The notes beneath the pieces were generated by a model. It worked only from the letters and a program-made list of their open reading frames with translations. It searched no databases and was not told the origin of the DNA. The translations under genes were made by a program, and so were the position numbers. From Eledone cirrhosa (lineage: Eukaryota), in the NCBI GenBank assembly GCA_964016885.1, contig OZ024741.1, positions 347,324,001-347,388,000 on the forward strand: a stretch of 64,000 nt of DNA, read 5' to 3'. This document shows positions 57,052 through 64,000 of the stretch, in pieces. Each line of letters opens with the position of its first letter. Position 1 is the first letter of the stretch.

Positions 57052-57558
57052 AATTCGTTGGCAATTATGTAAACAGCCCTTTAAGCCATGTGAGTAGAGA
57101 AACCTCGTCATGCTTGCTCCTGGTGGCATATAAACAGAACGGCAGACACTAATGTTTCTGGGTGCTTACCCTTCATAAGTACCGTATACTGCTTACCTGC
57201 GAACTGTCAGAGCTAGTGAAAATATATCATACTTTCTGGAATATACAATGACTGATCGGCCTGATTTACATATCAGCAAACTGCCTGATTAATGAGATAT
57301 GCATATTAGCAGACCAACTGATCATCCAGATTTTCATATGAACAGATAGGCAAATCAGTTTTATGTATACGAGCGATGAATGGCCGTCAAATAACTAACA
57401 AATAGTTTTATCGCTCTACATGGCTGAATACAAGAAATGTAAATCTGAGTTTTTCAAATATTAATAATAATATTCAATTCGTTTGCAATTATGTAAACAC
57501 CCTCTTAAGCCATGTGAGTAGAACAACCTCGCCATTTTGCTCGTGTTGGCACATAAGC
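57052..57558. repeat. ~85-bp imperfect direct repeats (57052-57135 and 57476-57558)
   Basis: AATTCGTT.GCAATTATGTAAACA..TTAAGCCATGTGAGTAGA..AACCTCG.CAT occurs twice. Confidence 0.8.
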
Positions 57559-59872
57559 ATATATGTATTTATATATATATATATATATATATTCTTTTTC
57601 ATTCAAATGTGAATTGAGAAAAATCAAAAATATATATTGTACAGTTAGAAAGGAGAGGCAGAATTTCTGTAATCATGTGGTTACACTGTATTAGAACCAA
57701 AGATGTTTTTAGATTTATTGCATTTGATATTTTATTTTATATTTCTTGTATTGTTGCTTCCCTCATGATATAACTATTTTGGGTCACACTCATTTGCTTG
57801 GTATCCCGTTATTGTTTAAGACATCAACTCTTTTTGTCGGTGTGTCAACATATTACTTATCTGCCTGTCCCTCCTCTTGCAGTAGACATTTTATAGGATG
57901 ACGTCACAGACTAACGTATTATATTGATAGTAATAAATACCCAGTAAAAATATATATAATGTACATGACAATAAGGAAACAGAAAAGATATAAATATAAG
58001 GAAAATAGTAAGAAAAAAGGAATGAAGCAAGAAAAAAAAAGAGAGGGTTGTGAGCGACAGACTGACTTCACAACCCAATCTAAGTGGTGTCTCAGCTGCG
58101 TGGTGCCGATAAAAATGGAAAGATAATGCTGCGGAGAAGATAACCGGTCGTTCAAGACCCAGTATTTAGTTAAAACTGTTTATGGAAATCGAGTAGAATA
58201 CAGCAGTGATCTGTAGAATATAATTGATGATTATCTTTCAAGCCAGTGAAAAGCGAAGTGATTAGTGTACCTGCAATACGTTAGCAATAGCAATAAATTG
58301 CGATGAATATATATTAGAGGGTCTGTCCATTTAAGACGTCTAAAAATCAGGTTTCACAGCCCTTACCTTTTTTTACGTATTCGCGTATATAGTCGAACTG
58401 GCTATGTACCCATATTGGCTTAGGCATTTTTCTATGTCTAGGTTAATACGTATCGAGTAGAGCTATATTAAAAAAAGCTTCCAGGACCGACCACACATTA
58501 TTTATATTGATATGCCTCGGACTACAATATATAAATGTTGTATTTTATTATTTAAGGCATTATTTTATTTATTTTTAGCCTTTCAAACAGGTATCTACCT
58601 TTTCAACACATCAGTCCTGTAAGAACCGGTGGTGATATGATCACCCACACACTCCCACACAATGTTGAATTTTTTCGTGAATATTTTATTTGGCATACGT
58701 CAGTGATTTTGTAATGATAAAACACATTTTCTTCTTAATGGAGAGTAGTTTTTATTTATTGTAACATTTTGCAAAGCAGAATGAACATTAATGTTTGGTT
58801 AACTGTATTGAAATCGATTTGAAGAAATCTAACGAACCATTGCTTGGCACTGACATATCTCTGTGTGATCTGCTTAATGTATGCTCCAAAAATATCAATG
58901 TTAGTTCTACAAGCCTGATTACAATACTATTAATGAGTCTCATCATTCAATTTAACTAATTTAAACGTCACAGGGAGCAATGAATACGATGTATGAATAA
59001 ATAGATTCGCTTTTCAAAATCCTTACAAATTATTTTTTGTTTAATAATTGTTGACTATATTTATTCATTTATTCCGAATAACGTTTTATTTTGTTAAAAG
59101 AAGAAGCGCCTACTACTTAGGCTATATTTATTTTAACATTTCCCTTATATTTTAGTTCATTACATCTCTTTTAGATATATTGTGTCAAAGATGTTTAGAA
59201 ATATCATTTAGAATATAAAGAAAAATGACAAAAATAGGGAACTAATGTCCTTTTTTATTTCTTTATTCAGTAATAGAAAATGAAAAAAATAAAGAATGTT
59301 CCTCTAAAAGCAATTTCCGCTATGATATTGTTCAGAATTACAATCAAGAGCTCAGGAAACCTGAAATGAAAGTTGATGATTTAATCGGGTAGAATGTTCT
59401 GGTCCCCTGATAAAAAGAGCACAGCGCCTGAAATGTGTATGTTGCAAATCATCTGGACAATTAACTATAACCGCGAAAGTGCTAAAATATGCATTCACAA
59501 CTACATACGCCCTCATTCGCTTCTCGTTCTCCTTTTTCTAAGGTTGCTAAAGAGAGCTTCCTTCTCAAATGTTGTTGTCATGACAGTAGGCAATAATTAT
59601 AATTTTCATCGGTTCATATTGTATTTATTCAGGCAAAAATATAAGGGTATTCAGTATAAGGCAGAAATTACAAAATAGGTGCATATTGTCATTCATTCCT
59701 GTATGTAGTGCTAACCGCTTCATGTTCAATTTGACGGTTGGAATTAAATCATGTTTGTGCATAAGCGCTTTTTTTCTTTTCATCAGAGACTATACATTCT
59801 CACAAAACCCAAAGGAAATCGTGTTTGAAGATTCTGCCACAAGAGCCCTCCCAGTAATAAGTAGAGAAAGAA

Positions 59873-59910
59873 GTAGAAGAAGAAGAAGAAGAAGAAGAAG
59901 AAGAAGAAGA
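59873..59910. repeat. (AAG)n microsatellite
   Basis: Read directly from the sequence. Confidence 0.9.
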
Positions 59911-60679
59911 ATTTAAATATAATTTTTGAAATAGAAAATGAATACAAACATCATTTAATTTAGTTGAATAGATTATTTAACACAACTGAACTGTGATTAT
60001 TAGCCATTCTATTTCCATTTAAATACATTTACTTCTTTCTTTAGAGGCGTGTAGTAACAATAATTCTGGCTTTCACGGATATTGAGGTGGTTGGTTGGTT
60101 GGTTCTGAAAAAAGCTATAGCCGTTCAAATAATTTTCTTTTTTATATATATTTCCGTTGTTCACCTTTATATCAGTACATATTATTCGCATTTTCTATTG
60201 CTTTTATTTTTGTATAATTTTATTTAATCCTAAATTTATTACACAGCACTAAATTAAATTTCTTTCACATGTTGCTTCTCTTATTTGATTTTATATTTTT
60301 CTTCTAGATTATGTTTTAATTTTTTTTGTGTCATCTACAGAATTGTTATTGAAATCGATGTGCGCATTACAGCGAACCGTTCAATGTTTTTTATTTCATT
60401 ACTCACAAGCATTAAAGTGGAACACAGTTTTAGTAGATGATTCTTAAATTAAACCATAACTTGTTTCTAACATATTTCGTCAGAAAGAAATTCACAGTGT
60501 TGAACGTCTGGTAGTCCTGATTTTTATCAGTTGTGCTGTTATTTTTATTATTTGTTCAATGGTGAAGCAAAACTGGTGTTTCTTTCTTAAACTCCATTGG
60601 TTTAATTGCTGAATGTTACTTCTGTAGTGTAACTTGTCGTTCCCTCCCTCTCTGTATACATACATGTATATTCACATTC

Positions 60680-60828
<149 letters not shown>

Positions 60829-61700
60829 ATGAATGTGGATGGGGATAATTGTCTATTCATTTCGAACTTAAATCGTTCTGATCGGAGCAATACTTACCTC
60901 TGCCTACTACTGGACTTTGAAACAGGCGAAAATATATCATTGTTTTGACTGAGTAGGTGGACTGTGTAGGTGGACAGCTATGCCAAAGCTAAATTCCGTT
61001 ATGGTACTCCGAGTAGTGGATGCTATCAACGCTTGGCTAAGTTTGACTCAACAAGGCGTTTTCATAGCGATGCTGCGAGTACGCTGTAATTCCTATGTTG
61101 TAAACACTTGGAGTAATGATAAATAAGGAAATAAGAGTGACACGGTTTGCTATACAAAAAAGGTTTTTAATCTCATTGCTGACAATTGTTTCTCTGAACT
61201 GGTAGGTCTAGAGATCGCTACTCGCTTGTTTTCACGTCATTCGATCACAAATACATAGTTGTAACCAGTCAATTCATCGGAGCTTGTGAGAATGAAAGGA
61301 ATATACAGGCATGGCTACTATATATATTAGTAATGACATTCAATCAGAACAATAGCAACAATACTAGCGATGCTAGCAATAAATTATTTGAAATAATCAC
61401 AACATCAATCTAGGTGAGAAATATAGTATATCTACGATTTTAACGTGTAAAACTAGCTGACATGAGGCAGATGTATAAAATTGACATGTAAAAGCTGTCA
61501 TGGGGTGTATTGTATATAGTGAAAAGATATGCCAGTGGCTTTAAATAATGTAGATCTGGTGGCCGTAAGAATCATTTATTATCTGACAGATGAAAAAGTT
61601 ATCACTGTAGTGAGGATAGTAATATTTGTGGTGTTAGCTTCACTATTTATGTGGTCTATATTAGATGAAAGGATTGTCTAGCTTTTTCATCATCAATAAC

Positions 61701-61875
61701 TGTTTCTACTTTAGGTACAAGGCCAGCAATTACACAGTGCATTACTGGTACTTTATTTTATCGACCCCGTAAGGATGAAAGGCAAAGTCAACCTCGGCGG
61801 GATTTGAACTCAGATCGTAAAGGGACGTAACTATGCTGGAAAGCATGGCGTCCGACCCTCTACCGATACTGCCAA
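61701..61875 (-). mobile_element. tRNA-derived SINE, slightly 5'-truncated
   Basis: SINE homology. CAATAAC on both sides (61694-61700, 61876-61882). Confidence 0.9.
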
Positions 61876-62254
61876 CAATAACATACATGTATAAGACAAC
61901 ATTAACAGAGTAGCAATATAATAGGCGAGATAATACAGGGTTTAAGGAGGCAATATATATATATAAAGAGAAAACATGCTGACAACAATTATAACAGGAG
62001 GAAGGTAATGTTCTGCTGTAGTAGTATTTTGAAATGTTCTTGGATTTAGGGTTCATTTATTGAGAGTCAAGGGTGAGGAAGTTGTGTTGACAGCAGCCGA
62101 GAAGGGATATATTTATGGGTTCATAAGGTACTTACAGACATTACTGTGGTATAGAATTAAGAAGGCTAAAATGTACTTAATGATTATATTTCTGTGGTGG
62201 TTCGTGCAGTATAGTGGATATCGCAAGTTGAAAGCTAAGTTACGTCTGTTCGAT

Positions 62255-64000
62255 TCACGCAGGCTTAAATCTTGCGAATTTAGTGGCGATCCTGTGTCTG
62301 CAGAAGATTGATCTTTCTACCTTGTTGTTGAGTAGCCTTTTTACATTTCTAAGGATATATAGTAATTCTAGATCACAGAGCCTACAGTGGGACATACCGG
62401 TACTGTAGGTCTTTGCGGCCGACAAGATTGACCAGCTGATATTGTAGTTGGTGTTATTGTCCTTAAGTTCCCATATTTTTGTGGCGAGGGTTGTAGAACC
62501 CATAAGTGCACGGTTTTTCATCGAGTGTCTGTGCACATACCATCTTTTTTTAAAAGTACCCGCGGTGGATCCAATGTAATGCCAAGTGGAGTTGTCTGAG
62601 TTGACCGTACACATGAACACTAGGCTCGAATCAAGGCATCTATTCGTCAATGTGCACCTATCCGGTAGGTGACAGTTACAGTTTGAGGTGTTATTTCGTG
62701 CAGCTTCCACACTGCTGTTTTGTACACTGCTATAAGTGGGTTGTGATTTATGCCCGTTGGGGTTTTGCTGCTGCGTGCTTGTATGCGCTTGCGGTTTTGA
62801 TACTGTGATGTGTTTATGTTTATAATTTGGAGCTATATTGCGCATAGGTGGGGCGGATTGCCTAGCGGTATTTCTGTGGTTGATCTTGCGTATCTGCGAT
62901 TCTATATTTGCTGCCGTAGAGTATGAGTGTTTTATAGTTTTTCTATTGAGTATTTTATGATATCTGTGTGAAATAGGGAAGTGTTTATCTATTAGTTTAA
63001 AGAATGTAGAAGGCAGTCTAGTTTTTACAGAGGAGTTCAAGATTGATTTGAATCATAGGTATTTTCTTTCTCTGATTCTTCTATTGTTTCTAGGGTTTAC
63101 ATTATTGGTGTTTGGACCACTTACTCTAGGTGCTACGTGCCTAACTCTATGTATAGTCCTGTTTCCTCTATTTTTGTGTGAGCGGTTGGTGTAATTGCCA
63201 GTAGGTTTGTTTAAGTTGTCTTTATTCACTATAAACTGCAGTTTATCTTTATGTCCGGCCATATGTAATGCTGCGTTATAATAGTTAGCTTGTTCATTAA
63301 ACATTTCTAGGTTTGAGGATAAGCGGGATATTCTAAGGGATATACTACGTGCTATGGATCTGATTATGGATTTGGGGTGGTTTGAGTTATAACTAATGTA
63401 GGCCAGATTCTCATTATTTTTGTGGAAGGGTTCTATTAATCCCGTATTTAGATTTGGAGTCACATCTAAAAAGTTTACCTTTTTATGGTTCAGTTAGTAC
63501 TTAGGCCTAGTTTTTTGAAGAATGTTCTAATGTTTTTTCTTAATCTTTCCATGCTCTGGTTATTTAAGTTCCTAGCTATAAGGAGCGTGTCGTCTCTATA
63601 AATCCCTCCTTGGAGGTTACTGAATTCCTTATGTAGGTTGTGTGCTATAAATAGCCCCACGACGTCAGTGATTTGCACAGAGTCATTTGATCCCATTGTG
63701 ACATCGAAGCTGTTTATCCTATCTTTTCTTACCCAGTAGCTATTTTCAAATGTTATGATAGTCCTTCTAGTCGCTATTATTATTTCAATTTCCTCAGGGG
63801 TAAGATCGGAGTTAGTTTGGGCAAATATAAGCGCTTTATCTAGGCTGGCTGGGGATATGGATGCATAGTAATCGTTTATATCGAATTGTATGAAGTTATA
63901 TGTCTCCCTATTTCGTATTTTATTGAACCATTCAGTCGCCTCGTTAGTGTTACCTCATAAATTGATTTCTAGTTTACCCTTTATTTGAGCGATTACCGTA
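62255..64000 (-). mobile_element. Penelope-like element, probably Hydra-type (RT + CxC linker + GIY-YIG), disrupted, continues beyond the window
   Basis: FIQFDINDYYASI, MGSNDSVQITDVVGL, GIYRDD, YNSNHPKSI, CNCHLPDRC, LVF..YIGST..FKKRW..H, IWELKD, CRLC, LLN..CRH. Confidence 0.82.

Overview
AT-rich, repeat-dominated animal (eukaryotic) genomic DNA with no recognisable host gene. The tRNA-derived SINE and the retroelement mix resemble what I recall from octopod cephalopods (inference). All long ORFs are decayed transposons: four R4/Dong-like RT+RLE LINE copies (two families) associated with (TAA)n, a near full-length L1/Tx1-like LINE plus a decayed relative, a 5'-inverted RTE LINE, a CRE-like fragment, an internally deleted mariner, a Neptune-type Penelope-like element (PLE) forming a ~6 kb inverted repeat, and two Hydra-type PLE remnants. 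About nine copies of one SINE are present. The most striking non-coding signal is a dozen fold-back (inverted-repeat) elements between (TA)n tracts. Several carry hammerhead-ribozyme cores, and two fold into complete type I hammerheads. There is also a 399-bp near-perfect palindrome and a covarying pseudoknot-like RNA structure upstream of the ORF in one R4/Dong family. A 200-N scaffold gap lies at 16757-16956. Boundaries and folds were read by eye and are approximate unless exact motifs are quoted.
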